The notes: a model not told the origin generated them from the letters alone. A stretch of 64,000 nucleotides of DNA from Blastocatellia bacterium (GCA_963765495.1 CAVXWP010000001.1:672001-736000), one strand, 5' to 3'; shown: positions 10,905 through 22,764, counted from the stretch's first letter. Program-made: numbers and translations.

Positions 10905-13900
10905 ATGAAAGATGATGTTCCTGAGCGTTTACTCTATGATCCGGCATTTGAGCACGATGCCTGCGGGGTTGGATTTGTGGCCGATATACAGGGCCGCGCA
11001 AGCCGCCAGACTGTTGAGACGGCGCTTCAGGCTATCAGCAATCTCAGCCATCGCGGCGCAGTGGATGCCGACGGAAAAACCGGCGACGGCGCAGGCATAC
11101 TCACTCAGATACCGCGCAAACTGTTTCTAAGGGAGGTTGAAAAACTCGGCTACGCCCGCCCGATCCCCGAAGACCTCGCAGTAGGAACCTTCTTTCTCCC
11201 CCGCGATGATAAAGACATCATAGTCAGTTGCAGGCGGATTGTTGACAATGCCCTCGAGCGTTACGGGCTTGTCCGCTTCGGCTGGAGACATGTGCCTGTG
11301 GATGAAAGCGCGCTGGGAGAGAAGGCCGCCTCGACCGCGCCGCTGATAAAGCAGGTTCTGATCGGTCGCGGATATGTGTCGCTTTACGATTACGAGCACA
11401 CGCTCTATCTGGTGAGAAAAGAGATAGAGAAAAACGGCTTGAGCCTGGATGGGTTCTACGTCTCGTCGCTATCGAGCCGGACCATCGTTTATAAGGGGCT
11501 CTTCGTAGCCACACAACTGAAATCTTTCTATCGTGATTTAAACGATCCCGATTATGAATCGGCGCTAGCGGTTATACATCAGCGATATTCGACAAACACT
11601 TTTCCAAACTGGTTTCTCGCGCAGCCGTTTCGCCTGCTTGCGCACAACGGCGAGATAAACACACTGGCGGGCAATCGCAACTGGATGCGAGCGCGCGAGG
11701 CCGAAATGAGTTCGACCCTTTGGGGGCAGCGAATCGAAAGATTAAAACCCGTGATATGGGAAGGCGGGTCGGATTCCGCGAGCCTCGACAACGCGCTCGA
11801 ACTGCTGACGGCGAGCGGGCGCGATGTGCTCCATTCGATGATGATGCTCGTGCCCGAAGCCTACGAGAGCGCGCCCGATATGAGCGCGGAGGTGCGAGGC
11901 TTTTACGATTACGCGGCGTGCCTTATGGAGCCGTGGGACGGCCCGGCGGCGCTCGCCTTCAGCGACGGCCGGTTTGTGGGCGCGGCCCTTGATCGAAACG
12001 GCCTGAGGCCAGCGCGTTATGTGGTCACAGATGACGGCCGAATCATCATGGCCTCTGAGGCAGGAGCCGTCGAGGTTCCGGCTGAAACGATAGTTGAAAA
12101 TGGAAGACTCGGCCCCGGGAGGATGATTGCCGTAGACACCGAGCGCGGCCTCCTGCTAAAAGACGAAACCATAAAGACCGAGAGGGCCACACGCAAGCCT
12201 TATCAGGATTGGGTACGTCGCTCGATGGTAGTCTGCCCGGCTAATTTTGGTGTCGCGGGCGCTTCGCCTTCTGATGAAGCAGATCTCGCCGTTCGCATGA
12301 AGAGCTTCGGGTACACGCTCGAAGACGTGCAGCGAATCATCGAGCCTATGCTCACGGACGGCAAAGAGCCCGTCGGTTCGATGGGCGATGATACGCCGCT
12401 CGCGGTGCTCTCGGCCAAGCCCCGGGTGCTTTATAACTATTTCCGGCAGCGATTCGCGCAGGTAACAAATCCGGCGATAGACCCTATACGCGAACGACCT
12501 ATCATGTCGCTTGAGACGCTTATTGGCCCGCGCAAGAGCCTGCTCGAAGAGACCGAAGCGCACGCAAGAGTTATAAAGCTCAACAGCCCCGTGGTGACCG
12601 ATGCGTGTCTTGACTGGCTCCGCAGAGGCAACTGTCACGGGCTGCAATCGGTGACGCTTGCGGCGCTTTATGGCAAGCGCGGCGGCGACAAATGGATGGA
12701 GCAGGTGCTCGACGCGCTTTGCGAGCAGGCGGTCGAAGCTGTGAGCGAGGGCGCATCGATTCTGATCCTGAGCGACAGGGGCGCAAGCGAATTTCAAGCG
12801 CCGATCCCAATGCTTTTGGCCGTCAGCGCCGTGCATCATCACCTGATCCGCGAAGGCAAACGCATGCGCGTGAGCCTGATAGCCGAAACGGGCGAGGCGC
12901 GAGAAGATCATCATTTCGCCTGCCTGCTCGGGTACGGTGCGAATGCCGTAAATCCCTATCTGGCCCTTGAGGTCGCGGCGCTTGAAATCAGCAAGCGCGG
13001 TATGAGCGTCCCCGGCGCGCTCAGAAACTATAAGGCGGCGGTCGAAAGCGGATTGCTCAAAATCATGGCAAAGATGGGAATTGCGACCGTGGCGAGCTAT
13101 TGCGGCGCGCAGGTCTTTGAAGCCATAGGTCTTGACGAAAAGTTTGTTGAAAAATATTTCATGGGCACTCCGTCGCGCGTAGGCGGCGTCAGGCTTCGCG
13201 AGATAGCGCGCGATGTTTTGCGCTTTCATCGGGCAGCCTTCGGACAGAGCGAAAAGCCCCGGCTTGAAGACGCCGGATACTATCGCTATCGCTCGGGCGG
13301 CGAGTATCACGGCTATAACCCGGCGGTCTTTCGCGCGCTGCACAAACTGGCGAAATCCGGCACACCCGATGAGTACGCAAACTACCGCGAACAGATCAGG
13401 AAACGGCCTCCTATGGGTTTGCGCGATCTGCTCGAATTTCAAGCCGGGACGCCCGTCCCTCTCGATGAAGTCGAGTCTGTCGAAAGTATCGTTCGCCGCA
13501 TGTGCACTCCCGGCATGTCGCACGGGGCGCTTTCGCGTGAAGCGCACGAAACCCTGGCCGTAGCCATGAATCGAATCGGCGCGAGAAGCAACAGCGGCGA
13601 GGGGGGAGAAGACCCGGACAGATACCACCCCCGCACAGACGGAGACTGGGCCAACAGCCGGATCAAGCAGGTGGCTTCGGCGCGATTCGGCGTCACTCCC
13701 GAATATTTGATCTCGGCCGATGAGCTTGAGATAAAAATCTCGCAAGGCTCAAAACCCGGCGAGGGCGGGCAACTGCCCGGTCACAAAGTCACTGCCGAAA
13801 TAGCCGCGATACGCCATTCGGTTCCGGGCGTGACCTTGATTTCGCCGCCACCCCATCACGATATTTACTCGATTGAAGACCTGGCGCAATTGATCTATGA

Positions 13901-15428
13901 CCTCAAGCAGATCAATTCACGCGCTCGCATCGCGGTCAAACTTGTCTCCGAAGCGGGCGTGGGAACGGTCGCCGCCGGAGTCGCCAAGGCTTATGCCGAT
14001 GTCATTCACATTTCGGGGCACGATGGAGGCACGGGCGCTTCACCTCTTGGCTCCATAAAAAATGCGGGCACGCCCTGGGAACTCGGGCTCGCGGAGACTC
14101 AGCAGGTTCTGATGTTGAACGACCTGCGCGGGCGGGTGCGGCTCAGAGTTGACGGCGGATTGAAGACGGGCCGCGATGTAGTGGTCGCGGCCATGCTGGG
14201 TGCCGAAGAGTTTGGGTTCGGGACGGCTGCGGTCGTCGCGCTCGGATGCGTGATGGCCCGGCAGTGCCACCTGAATACCTGCCCCGTAGGCATCGCGTCT
14301 CAGGATCGGGGCCTGCGCGAGCGTTTCGCCGGAAAGCCTGAGATGGTCGTGAATTATTTCCTCTCCGTGGCCGGTGAAGTGCGCGAGATACTTGCCCGTC
14401 TGGGCTTTCGCTCTCTTGAAGAGATCATAGGACGAAGCGAGCTGCTTGTTGAAAGAACCGATCTGCAATTGCCCAAGCGCGTGAGCCTCGATCTGCTGCC
14501 GATAATCACGCGGGTCGATCCGGGGGGCGAACGCCCGCGTCAATCCACGCAGCGACGAAACAGCGAGCCTGGCCCTTCGCTTGGCGACCGCGTTTCGCTT
14601 GAAACTCAAAAGGCTGTAGCCGAAGGCCGGCCCATCGCGCTCGACTACCAGATCAGAAATACGGATAGAGCCGTGGGCGCGCGTGTCGCGGGCGAAATAG
14701 CCCGTCTGCACAAAAGCGCAGGACTCAGGGACAGGCTGATCGACATAGTCTTTCACGGCACCGCAGGTCAGAGCTTTGGCGCTTTCACAATCTCGGGGAT
14801 GCGCCTGACCCTCGCGGGCGAAGCCAATGACTATGTAGGCAAAGGCATGGGCGGGGGCGAGATCATCATCCGACCGCCGGACGGGGCGCAGTTTGCGTGG
14901 TCCGAGAATGTCATCCTCGGCAATACGGTGATGTACGGAGCGACGGGCGGTTCTCTGTTTGCGGCAGGGCGGGCGGGCGAGCGGTTCTGCGTCAGAAACA
15001 GCGGCGGCATCGCCGTAGTCGAGGGAGTCGGAGACCACGGTTGCGAATACATGACCGGAGGCACGGTTGTAGTGCTTGGAGAGACCGGGCGTAATTTTGC
15101 GGCGGGGATGACCGGAGGCGTCGCCTACGTCCTGGATGAGAAGAGTAGTTTTCAGCGTAACTGTAATCACGAGCTTGTCGAATTGCGGCAGGTTGAAAGT
15201 CGCGGCGATATGCAGACATTGCGCGTGCTTATCGAGCGCCACTATGAATTGACGGGAAGCCCCCGCGCCCGCGAAGTGCTCTGGCACTTTGACAGCTATC
15301 GGCCCCTTTTCTGGAAAGTCGTCACACAGGGGGCCGAGCTTCAGACAAAGCTTGCCGGGGCCCGGACTCATCCGGGCCGCGCGGCCGATGAAGCGATACC
15401 GCTCCGTTCAAAGTCAAATGCCGGATAA
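10905..15428 (+). CDS. gltB: glutamate synthase large subunit
   Basis: EHDACGVGF (N-terminal Cys amidotransferase), HQRYSTNT, AHNGEINT, KPGEGGQLPG, CVMARQCHLNTCP, GXGXG C-terminal domain. RBS GAGGAG before ATG 10905. Confidence 0.96.
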   Translation: MKDDVPERLLYDPAFEHDACGVGFVADIQGRASRQTVETALQAISNLSHRGAVDADGKTGDGAGILTQIPRKLFLREVEKLGYARPIPEDLAVGTFFLPRDDKDIIVSCRRIVDNALERYGLVRFGWRHVPVDESALGEKAASTAPLIKQVLIGRGYVSLYDYEHTLYLVRKEIEKNGLSLDGFYVSSLSSRTIVYKGLFVATQLKSFYRDLNDPDYESALAVIHQRYSTNTFPNWFLAQPFRLLAHNGEINTLAGNRNWMRAREAEMSSTLWGQRIERLKPVIWEGGSDSASLDNALELLTASGRDVLHSMMMLVPEAYESAPDMSAEVRGFYDYAACLMEPWDGPAALAFSDGRFVGAALDRNGLRPARYVVTDDGRIIMASEAGAVEVPAETIVENGRLGPGRMIAVDTERGLLLKDETIKTERATRKPYQDWVRRSMVVCPANFGVAGASPSDEADLAVRMKSFGYTLEDVQRIIEPMLTDGKEPVGSMGDDTPLAVLSAKPRVLYNYFRQRFAQVTNPAIDPIRERPIMSLETLIGPRKSLLEETEAHARVIKLNSPVVTDACLDWLRRGNCHGLQSVTLAALYGKRGGDKWMEQVLDALCEQAVEAVSEGASILILSDRGASEFQAPIPMLLAVSAVHHHLIREGKRMRVSLIAETGEAREDHHFACLLGYGANAVNPYLALEVAALEISKRGMSVPGALRNYKAAVESGLLKIMAKMGIATVASYCGAQVFEAIGLDEKFVEKYFMGTPSRVGGVRLREIARDVLRFHRAAFGQSEKPRLEDAGYYRYRSGGEYHGYNPAVFRALHKLAKSGTPDEYANYREQIRKRPPMGLRDLLEFQAGTPVPLDEVESVESIVRRMCTPGMSHGALSREAHETLAVAMNRIGARSNSGEGGEDPDRYHPRTDGDWANSRIKQVASARFGVTPEYLISADELEIKISQGSKPGEGGQLPGHKVTAEIAAIRHSVPGVTLISPPPHHDIYSIEDLAQLIYDLKQINSRARIAVKLVSEAGVGTVAAGVAKAYADVIHISGHDGGTGASPLGSIKNAGTPWELGLAETQQVLMLNDLRGRVRLRVDGGLKTGRDVVVAAMLGAEEFGFGTAAVVALGCVMARQCHLNTCPVGIASQDRGLRERFAGKPEMVVNYFLSVAGEVREILARLGFRSLEEIIGRSELLVERTDLQLPKRVSLDLLPIITRVDPGGERPRQSTQRRNSEPGPSLGDRVSLETQKAVAEGRPIALDYQIRNTDRAVGARVAGEIARLHKSAGLRDRLIDIVFHGTAGQSFGAFTISGMRLTLAGEANDYVGKGMGGGEIIIRPPDGAQFAWSENVILGNTVMYGATGGSLFAAGRAGERFCVRNSGGIAVVEGVGDHGCEYMTGGTVVVLGETGRNFAAGMTGGVAYVLDEKSSFQRNCNHELVELRQVESRGDMQTLRVLIERHYELTGSPRAREVLWHFDSYRPLFWKVVTQGAELQTKLAGARTHPGRAADEAIPLRSKSNAG

Positions 15429-15550
15429 CGTGTGAGATGAATTGGAAATGCATTTGAATGGTTGGGAAAGCGGCCTATTTAAGCCTCACAAGCCTCGCGC
15501 GTTTCGGTTTCAAAGGTATCCGTAGCAGGATGAAAGGCAAATATTTAGTT

Positions 15551-17164
15551 ATGAAAGTAAGGGTATACGACACTACGCTCAGGGACGGGACTCAGGGGGA
15601 AGGCGTCTCTTTTTCCGTTGAAGACAAGTTGATGATCGCAGCCAAGCTTGATGAGCTTGGCATTGATTACATCGAGGGTGGCTGGCCCGGCTCTAACGTA
15701 AAAGACGCAGAGTTTTTTCTGCGAGCGCGTTCGCTCAAGTTAAAGCACGCGCGGCTGGCTGCCTTTGGCAGCACCTGCCATCCGCGCAATCGCGCCGAAG
15801 ACGACCCAAACTTGAGAGCCTTGCTCGAAGCCGAAACACCAGTGGTCACTATCTTTGGCAAGACGTGGAATTTGCACGTGACGAAGGCGCTCGGCATCCC
15901 TCTTGAAAAGAATCTGGAGTTGATACGCGATTCTATAGCCTATCTGAAATCGAACGGGCGCGAGGTGATTTACGACGCCGAGCATTTCTTCGACGGGTTT
16001 TCCGCCGACCCGGATTACGCGATTCAGACGCTGCTTGCGGCTGAAAGCGGCGGAGCCGATTATATAGTGCTGTGCGATACAAACGGCGGCACGTTGACTG
16101 CACGCCTCACATCTGTCATCCGAGAAGTTGGAAAGAGTGTGAGCGTGCCGCTCGGCATTCACACACATAACGACTCAGACCTTGCGGTCGCAAATACGAT
16201 AGCTGCGGTCGAAACGGGAGCGCGTCAGGTGCAGGGCACCATAAACGGCTATGGCGAGCGATGCGGGAATGCCAATCTCTGCTCGGTCATTCCTGCGCTG
16301 GAACTGAAACTCGGATACGAAACCATAGGGCGTGCGCGACTGGCCACTCTCACTCACGTATCGCGCTATGTTGCGGAACTTGCCAACCTGCCGCATCGCT
16401 CTGATCTTCCTTTTGTAGGCCGGAGCGCATTTGCTCACAAGGGCGGAATCCACGTGAGCGCCGTTATGCGAGACCCCGCGACCTATGAACACATTGACCC
16501 GGAGCTTACCGGAAACAGCCGTCGCGTGCTTGTCTCTGACCTTTCGGGCAAGAGCAACATCCTGTACAAGGCGGCGGAGATGGGCATAGACATTGGCGGA
16601 AATGAAAGCAGTTTGCAGCCCGTGGTCAAGCGAATAAAAGAGCTTGAGCACGAGGGCTTTCAATTCGAAGCAGCGGAAGGTTCGATAAGACTTATGCTCG
16701 AACGGGCCGTGGGCGCTTATCGGGATCACTTCGATTTAGAGGGCTATGAAGTTGCGACCGAACGCGGCGTAACCGGCACGCTTAGATCACAGGCCACGGT
16801 AAAGGTTTCGTTGAACGGGGAGATAAAAGAGGCGTCTGCCGAAGGGTGCGGGCCGGTCCACGCTCTGGACTGCGCGCTGAGACGCGCGTTGAGCAGCGAG
16901 TTCGAATGTTTGAATGATGTTCATCTGACGGATTACAAGGTGCGCGTGCTCGATGCCGACAAGGCTACGGCGGCAAGGGTCCGCGTGCTGATACAGAGCC
17001 GTGACGATACGGAAACGTGGAGCACGGTTGGAGTATCGGAAAACATCTTAGAGGCAAGCTGGCAGGCGCTTGCCGATTCGGTCAACTACAAGCTGCATAA
17101 ATCTCATAGCGGGAATGCGGAGACCGGGCGCGAGCATTTGGAGGAGGTCGCCAATGTCTTTTGA
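15551..17164 (+). CDS. cimA: citramalate synthase (LeuA paralog)
   Basis: [58 protein letters not shown], typical of bacterial CimA. Confidence 0.88.
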   Translation: MKVRVYDTTLRDGTQGEGVSFSVEDKLMIAAKLDELGIDYIEGGWPGSNVKDAEFFLRARSLKLKHARLAAFGSTCHPRNRAEDDPNLRALLEAETPVVTIFGKTWNLHVTKALGIPLEKNLELIRDSIAYLKSNGREVIYDAEHFFDGFSADPDYAIQTLLAAESGGADYIVLCDTNGGTLTARLTSVIREVGKSVSVPLGIHTHNDSDLAVANTIAAVETGARQVQGTINGYGERCGNANLCSVIPALELKLGYETIGRARLATLTHVSRYVAELANLPHRSDLPFVGRSAFAHKGGIHVSAVMRDPATYEHIDPELTGNSRRVLVSDLSGKSNILYKAAEMGIDIGGNESSLQPVVKRIKELEHEGFQFEAAEGSIRLMLERAVGAYRDHFDLEGYEVATERGVTGTLRSQATVKVSLNGEIKEASAEGCGPVHALDCALRRALSSEFECLNDVHLTDYKVRVLDADKATAARVRVLIQSRDDTETWSTVGVSENILEASWQALADSVNYKLHKSHSGNAETGREHLEEVANVF

Positions 17165-18101
17165 TAAATCGGAATGGGTCTGGATGAACGGCGAGGTGAT
17201 CAGATGGCAGGATGCCAACGTGCATGTTTCCGCCCACGGCCTCCATTATGGCAGCGGCGTCTTCGAAGGGATGCGTTGTTACGAAACCGAAGAAGGGCCC
17301 GCCGTCTTTCGCATGGACGCGCACTTTGATCGCTTTTACTCTTCCGCCGAGTTTTATGGAATCGAAATTCCTTACACTCGCGCCGAGCTTGAAGAGGCGG
17401 TATGTCAGACCATCTGGCGCAATGATTTCGGCAGTTGTTATGTGCGCCCGATCTGCTATTACGGCAGCGCAAGCCTCGGCGTACATCCGCGCAGCTGCCC
17501 CGTCGAGGTTGTGATTCTGGCGTGGCCGTGGGCGGCTTATCTGGGCGATGATGGTTTGAAGACGGGAGTGCGCGTGACGGTCTCTTCGTGGACCAAGTTT
17601 CACTCGCGAATGATGCCTACGACGGCAAAAGCCTGCGGCGGGTATTTGAACTCGATGCTTGCCGTGCGCGAGGCCATCAAGGGCGGGTATGATGAAGCCT
17701 TGTTGCTTGATGCCGATGGCAACATCGCCGAAGGATCGGGCGAGAATCTGTTCATAGTCCGCGACAACCGGCTATTGACCAATGACGAGCGATCTTCTAT
17801 TCTGCTCGGCATCACGCGCGATGCCGTTTTACAGATCGCCGATGATTTCGGATATGAAGTTGAAGTCGGACCGATACGTCTGGAAGATTTGCTTTCGGCT
17901 GATGAAGCCTTTTTCACCGGCACGGCCGCAGAAGTGACTCCTATACGCGAAGTTGACGGCGCTCAGATAGGCATCGGCGCGCGAGGCCCTGTAACGGAAA
18001 GGATTCAGGAAGCCTTCTTTGCCGCCACCGCCGGGCGGGAGTCGCGATACAGAGACTGGCTCCATTTCGTTGCCCGGCAACCGGCGGAAGTTTGCCTGTG
18101 A
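17154..18101 (+). CDS. ilvE: branched-chain amino acid aminotransferase
   Basis: [54 protein letters not shown] before ATG 17154. Confidence 0.95.
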   Translation: MSFDKSEWVWMNGEVIRWQDANVHVSAHGLHYGSGVFEGMRCYETEEGPAVFRMDAHFDRFYSSAEFYGIEIPYTRAELEEAVCQTIWRNDFGSCYVRPICYYGSASLGVHPRSCPVEVVILAWPWAAYLGDDGLKTGVRVTVSSWTKFHSRMMPTTAKACGGYLNSMLAVREAIKGGYDEALLLDADGNIAEGSGENLFIVRDNRLLTNDERSSILLGITRDAVLQIADDFGYEVEVGPIRLEDLLSADEAFFTGTAAEVTPIREVDGAQIGIGARGPVTERIQEAFFAATAGRESRYRDWLHFVARQPAEVCL

Positions 18102-18125
18102 AGTCTCTGCGTCTGAGAGGATTAA

Positions 18126-19079
18126 ATGGAGTTGATGCAACTTGAGATGTTTGTGGCGATGGTCGAAGAGGGCAACTTTCACAAGGCGGCCGAGCGGGTG
18201 TTCCGCACTCAACCGGCCCTGAGTATGGCCTTGCGGAAGCTTGAGCAGGAGATTGGCGTGCCGCTTTTCGACCGCTCTAATCGCAACGCGTATTCGCTGA
18301 CCGATTCGGGAGATGTGCTCTACGATTATGCCAAGCGGCTGCTCAATCTTCGCTACGAAGCCACTCAGGCTCTGGAACAACTGCATAACCTTCAAAGCGG
18401 GCGCATACGTCTGGGCGCAAACGAGAGCACGAGCCTCTATTTGCTTCCGATGCTCATTCTGGCGTTCCGCGAAAAGTACCCCAAGATCAAGATAGAAGTC
18501 TTTCGCCAGATTTCAGCCAAACTTCCGCAGGAGCTTCGCCAGCGCAATCTCGACATCGCCATTCTGTCCTTTCTGCCTGATGATTCCGACCTCGAAGCTA
18601 TGCTTATCCAGCGTGATGAACTGGTCTTGATAATGAGCCCCGAGCACCGGCTCGCAAGCCATGATCGCGTTCACATAAAAGACCTCGGCGCAGAGAGCTT
18701 TATCGCACATAACGTGCGTTCCCCGTCGCGAGAAAAGGTCGTAGAGGCCTTTCGACGGTTCCAGACGCCGCTCAATATAACAATAGAAATTGCCACCATC
18801 GAAACGATAAAACGCTTTGTGATGCGTGGCCTCGGTCTGGCATTCGTGCCGCTGATGTGCGTGCAGGAAGAGGTCGAGCGCGGCGAGTTGCACGTGCTGC
18901 CCGTGGACGGGTTCCGCTATGAGCGCTCGCTGTGGGTGGTGCGCCGTCGCACCGATGCTCATTCTCATGCGGCCAAGGCTTTCATAGAGGTTGCGGGCTC
19001 GATGGCTGAAAAATTATTGCGTGACTGGCAAACGCCCCCTGCGAATGAAGAGAAGCCGGCCCCCAACGTGGTCAATTGA
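18126..19079 (+). CDS. LysR-family transcriptional regulator
   Basis: N-terminal HTH (FHKAAERVFRTQPALSMALRKLEQEIGVPLFDR) plus substrate-binding domain. Confidence 0.93.
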   Translation: MELMQLEMFVAMVEEGNFHKAAERVFRTQPALSMALRKLEQEIGVPLFDRSNRNAYSLTDSGDVLYDYAKRLLNLRYEATQALEQLHNLQSGRIRLGANESTSLYLLPMLILAFREKYPKIKIEVFRQISAKLPQELRQRNLDIAILSFLPDDSDLEAMLIQRDELVLIMSPEHRLASHDRVHIKDLGAESFIAHNVRSPSREKVVEAFRRFQTPLNITIEIATIETIKRFVMRGLGLAFVPLMCVQEEVERGELHVLPVDGFRYERSLWVVRRRTDAHSHAAKAFIEVAGSMAEKLLRDWQTPPANEEKPAPNVVN

Positions 19080-19212
19080 CCGCCCCGCCCTGATGACATA
19101 ATACAATAATGAGGGGCATCGCCAAGAGCCCGACAATTTTGTAGATATGAGCCGTAAAGACTTACGGGTTGAAGCGCAATCCTAACCGGGGCGGTATAAA
19201 TAGGCCAGTACG

Positions 19213-19316
19213 AATAGGCCACGGATGAACGCGGATCAGGCGGATTTACACGGATTAAATCATATAAGGTCTAATCCGCGAAAATCCGCCTGATCCGCGT
19301 TCATCCGTGGCCTATT
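19213..19316. repeat. long palindromic REP-like element (CACGGAT family)
   Basis: aataggccacggatgaacgcggatcaggcggattt...aaatccgcctgatccgcgttcatccgtggcctatt. The left arm recurs at about 63167-63209. Confidence 0.85.
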
Positions 19317-19528
19317 TCTATTTGCTCAATATTCAAATTTAACTCCATCAAGTTCCTGCCAACTCATTTTAGCCCATTGCCTAACTTACGATTTTGTCGG
19401 TCCTTGCCTTTTCATCCAACATGATTGTAGATTTCGCAAGCCTTCCTCTTCTGCCTGCCTGAGCCTTTAAGTCCAGTAACCCCTTTAATAATAATTATTT
19501 ACCATTAGACATTAACAGGCGCGCCTGC

Positions 19529-19544
19529 TGGTACAGATATTGCT
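19529..19544 (+). promoter_or_regulatory. sigma54 (-24/-12) promoter of the glnD-PII-amtB operon
   Basis: TGGTACAGATATTGCT: GG-N10-GC spacing, about 35 nt upstream of the glnD ATG. Confidence 0.75.
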
Positions 19545-19578
19545 CCGCTTACGGGTGGCTCGTTAAATACAATCTGGG

Positions 19579-22362
19579 ATGCAAATGCATATCAACACGG
19601 AAAAGATACTGGTGCATGCAAATGAAGAGTTGGCAGTGGTCGGCCCGGAGACCGGCTATGAAGAGCAGATAGAGCGTTTCAGAAGGTTTTTGAAAGTAGA
19701 GACCGAGCGATTGAAAATCCGCCACCGGTTTGGACTGGGCGGCGGCGAGATCACCAGTGGCAGAAGCTATCTGACCGATCTGATCATATGCCGCGCCTGT
19801 CAACTTGCGGTGTCGGAACTTGGGCCTTCCGACCCGGATTTGAACAATTGCGCGCTCATCGCGCTTGGCGGCTACGGTCGCCAGGACCTGGCTCCGTTTT
19901 CAGACGTAGACCTGTTGTTTCTTTATCCGGGCAAGCAATCGAGGATCGTGAAAGAGTTTGCCGAACGAATTTTGTACATGCTCTGGGATATAGGCTTTAA
20001 CGTGGGCCACAGTTTCCGCTCCATGAACGAGTGTGTGACAATGGCAAAGACCGATCTCCACTCGCGCAATGCGATGTCGGAAGCCCGTCTTGTCACAGGC
20101 AACGCCCATCTGTTTCGCCAGTTTACCAAGAGGTTAGACGAAGCAGTCTTTAGAAATAAGAAAGAGACCGAAGCCTTCTTTGAAGTGATGAAGAGCGAAA
20201 TCGAAGCCCGTTACGCCAAGTTTGGCGGGGCCGTTTGCCTCCAGGAGCCGAACGTCAAAGAGAGCGCCGGGGGGTTGCGGGATTTGCATACGGTGTTGTG
20301 GATAGGTCATGCGAGATACGGCAGCCGGGGGCTTGATGATCTTCGCGCCAAAGATCGTCTGTCGGGCGCGGAATATGCTTCGGCTCGCCGCGCTTATGAT
20401 TTCATAGCGCGCGCGCGCAACGAAGCGCATTTCGCTACGGGACGCAAGACGGATTTGCTGACGCTCGATTTGCAACCGAAACTTGCCGCAAGCTTTGGTT
20501 ATGAACCGAAACGCGGCATGCTTGCCTCGGAACTCTTCATGCGCGATTACTATCAACGCGCAAACGAGCTACACCGATTCGCGGAAAGTTTTGTAACGCG
20601 CGCCGTCGAGATGCGAGATGAGAAACGCGGTTTCGGCTCGCGGGTGAAGCGCATACGTGCGAGCTTCGAGTTCAGGCAGGGAAAAGTTTATCTGAGCATA
20701 AGAAAAGTCCACCGGAGCGAAGACCCTGATTCAGCCAGCTTCGAACTGAGGCAGGGCAGGCTCCACTTGAAGGAAGAGCCTGACGACTTTCGCAGCAACC
20801 CCTTGCGGCTGATGGAAATATTTTCGGTCGCACAGAGCGAGCGCGCCGACCTGAGCGATGAATTGAAGATGACCGTGCGCGATAACCTCTCTCTTATTGA
20901 TCGCGGTTTTCGCGCTTCGACAAACGCGGGGCTCGCGTTTGTCGAAATATTGGAGCAGAAGGGTCACGTCACTTCCGCTCTTCGCCTTATGCACGAAACC
21001 GGAGTATTGGGCCGATTGCTGCCTGAATTTGCGCGAATAACTTTTCTTGTTCAACACGATTTCTATCACAAATACACGATTGACGAGCACACGCTCAAGG
21101 CCGTGGAAGCCCTGGACCACCTTGCGACGGAGAAGAATTCCAAACTCGCGCGGTTCGCAAGAGTCTTTGATGAGGTCGAAAATGCAGCGCCGCTCTATCT
21201 CGGTCTTCTGTTTCACGACATAGGCAAAGGGCACGGCACGGGGCACGTGGCGCGCGGCGTACGCATAGCCGAACGCGCCTGCCGACGGCTCTCGCTCGAT
21301 CAGTTGAGCTGTGAACAGGTGGTTTTTTTGGTCAGGCAGCATTTGTTGATGTCGCATATTTCGCAACGGCGAGACCTGAGCGAAGAGAAACTTGTCGAAA
21401 CATTCTCTTCAACCGTGGGCTCTGTCGGAAATTTGAACATGCTTTTGCTTTTGACCTATGCCGATATTAACGGCGTAGGTCCGGGAGTGTGGAGCGATTG
21501 GAAGGGCGAACTGCTCTGGGAACTCTACACGCGGGCGCGGGCGCACATGACCGGAGGCAGGCGAGCGCGCTGGGATCGTGACCGCGCCGCCTCTTTGAAA
21601 CAGCAGGTTATGCGAGAGATGCTTCCCAGCGTTTTGCCGAGCGAAGTCGAGCGCCATTTCGCCATGTTGCCCGAACGCTACTTGCGAGCCAACCGGGCCG
21701 CTCACATTGCGCGGCACCTGAGACTGATCAAGCGAATGGGGGCCGAGCCTCTGATCGCCGATTGGCGAACCACTCCTGACGGGCATTGCACGGAACTCAC
21801 GATCTGCGGGCACGACAGCACGGGTCTATTTGCGGCCATCGCGGGGACGTTGACGGCTCACGGTATAAACATTTTGAGCGCGGACCTGAACACGCGCGAG
21901 GATGGTCTGGTCATAGACACGTTCAAAGTGTGTGAAGTCATATCTCACGAGCCGGTGGCCGAAGAGCGACTGGCCAGGGTTCAGGAAAATCTGAGAGCGG
22001 CTGTAGAAGGAAAATACGAGGTGGCGGCGGCGATTGAAAAATGGCGGAGCACGGCTCCTCGTCGTTCGAAGCGTCGCAGGCCGGTGTCCCCTGCGGTGCA
22101 TTTCGATTCAGACGTTTCAAGCGCCGCCACCGTTATCGAAGTCCGGGCCGAAGACGAGCCGGGACTGGCTTACAAGATAGCCAGTTGTCTGACCGGGCTC
22201 GGACTCAATATTACGTTTGCAAAGATCGCCACTGAAAAGAGCCACGCGCTGGATGTCTTTTACGTGACCGACACAAAGGGCAAGAAACTCGCTCCGACCG
22301 AAATGCTTGATGTCGAATCTGCGCTGGTGGAAGCTCTCGGCGGGAGCGCAAAGTCCAAATAA
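19579..22362 (+). CDS. glnD: PII uridylyltransferase / uridylyl-removing enzyme
   Basis: GGYGR...SDVDLL nucleotidyltransferase, EPNVKESAGGLRD, HD domain FHDIGKG, two ACT domains. Confidence 0.95.
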   Translation: MQMHINTEKILVHANEELAVVGPETGYEEQIERFRRFLKVETERLKIRHRFGLGGGEITSGRSYLTDLIICRACQLAVSELGPSDPDLNNCALIALGGYGRQDLAPFSDVDLLFLYPGKQSRIVKEFAERILYMLWDIGFNVGHSFRSMNECVTMAKTDLHSRNAMSEARLVTGNAHLFRQFTKRLDEAVFRNKKETEAFFEVMKSEIEARYAKFGGAVCLQEPNVKESAGGLRDLHTVLWIGHARYGSRGLDDLRAKDRLSGAEYASARRAYDFIARARNEAHFATGRKTDLLTLDLQPKLAASFGYEPKRGMLASELFMRDYYQRANELHRFAESFVTRAVEMRDEKRGFGSRVKRIRASFEFRQGKVYLSIRKVHRSEDPDSASFELRQGRLHLKEEPDDFRSNPLRLMEIFSVAQSERADLSDELKMTVRDNLSLIDRGFRASTNAGLAFVEILEQKGHVTSALRLMHETGVLGRLLPEFARITFLVQHDFYHKYTIDEHTLKAVEALDHLATEKNSKLARFARVFDEVENAAPLYLGLLFHDIGKGHGTGHVARGVRIAERACRRLSLDQLSCEQVVFLVRQHLLMSHISQRRDLSEEKLVETFSSTVGSVGNLNMLLLLTYADINGVGPGVWSDWKGELLWELYTRARAHMTGGRRARWDRDRAASLKQQVMREMLPSVLPSEVERHFAMLPERYLRANRAAHIARHLRLIKRMGAEPLIADWRTTPDGHCTELTICGHDSTGLFAAIAGTLTAHGINILSADLNTREDGLVIDTFKVCEVISHEPVAEERLARVQENLRAAVEGKYEVAAAIEKWRSTAPRRSKRRRPVSPAVHFDSDVSSAATVIEVRAEDEPGLAYKIASCLTGLGLNITFAKIATEKSHALDVFYVTDTKGKKLAPTEMLDVESALVEALGGSAKSK

Positions 22363-22716
<354 letters not shown>

Positions 22717-22764
22717 ATCTGGCCCGAATTCGAAAAACCTATTGAAAAGGAGGAATATTCGCAG

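Noticed and set aside
12156-15371. Long antisense ORFs (529 aa and 443 aa) opposite gltB, and similar ones opposite leuA, leuC and the heparinase-like gene
   Set aside because: Shadow frames of GC-rich coding genes with no recognisable motifs.
19079-19196. Inverted ACCGCCCCG / CGGGGCGGT pair after the LysR gene as an ncRNA
   Set aside because: Only a 9-bp GC-rich match with one weak internal stem; not distinguishable from chance or a decayed repeat.
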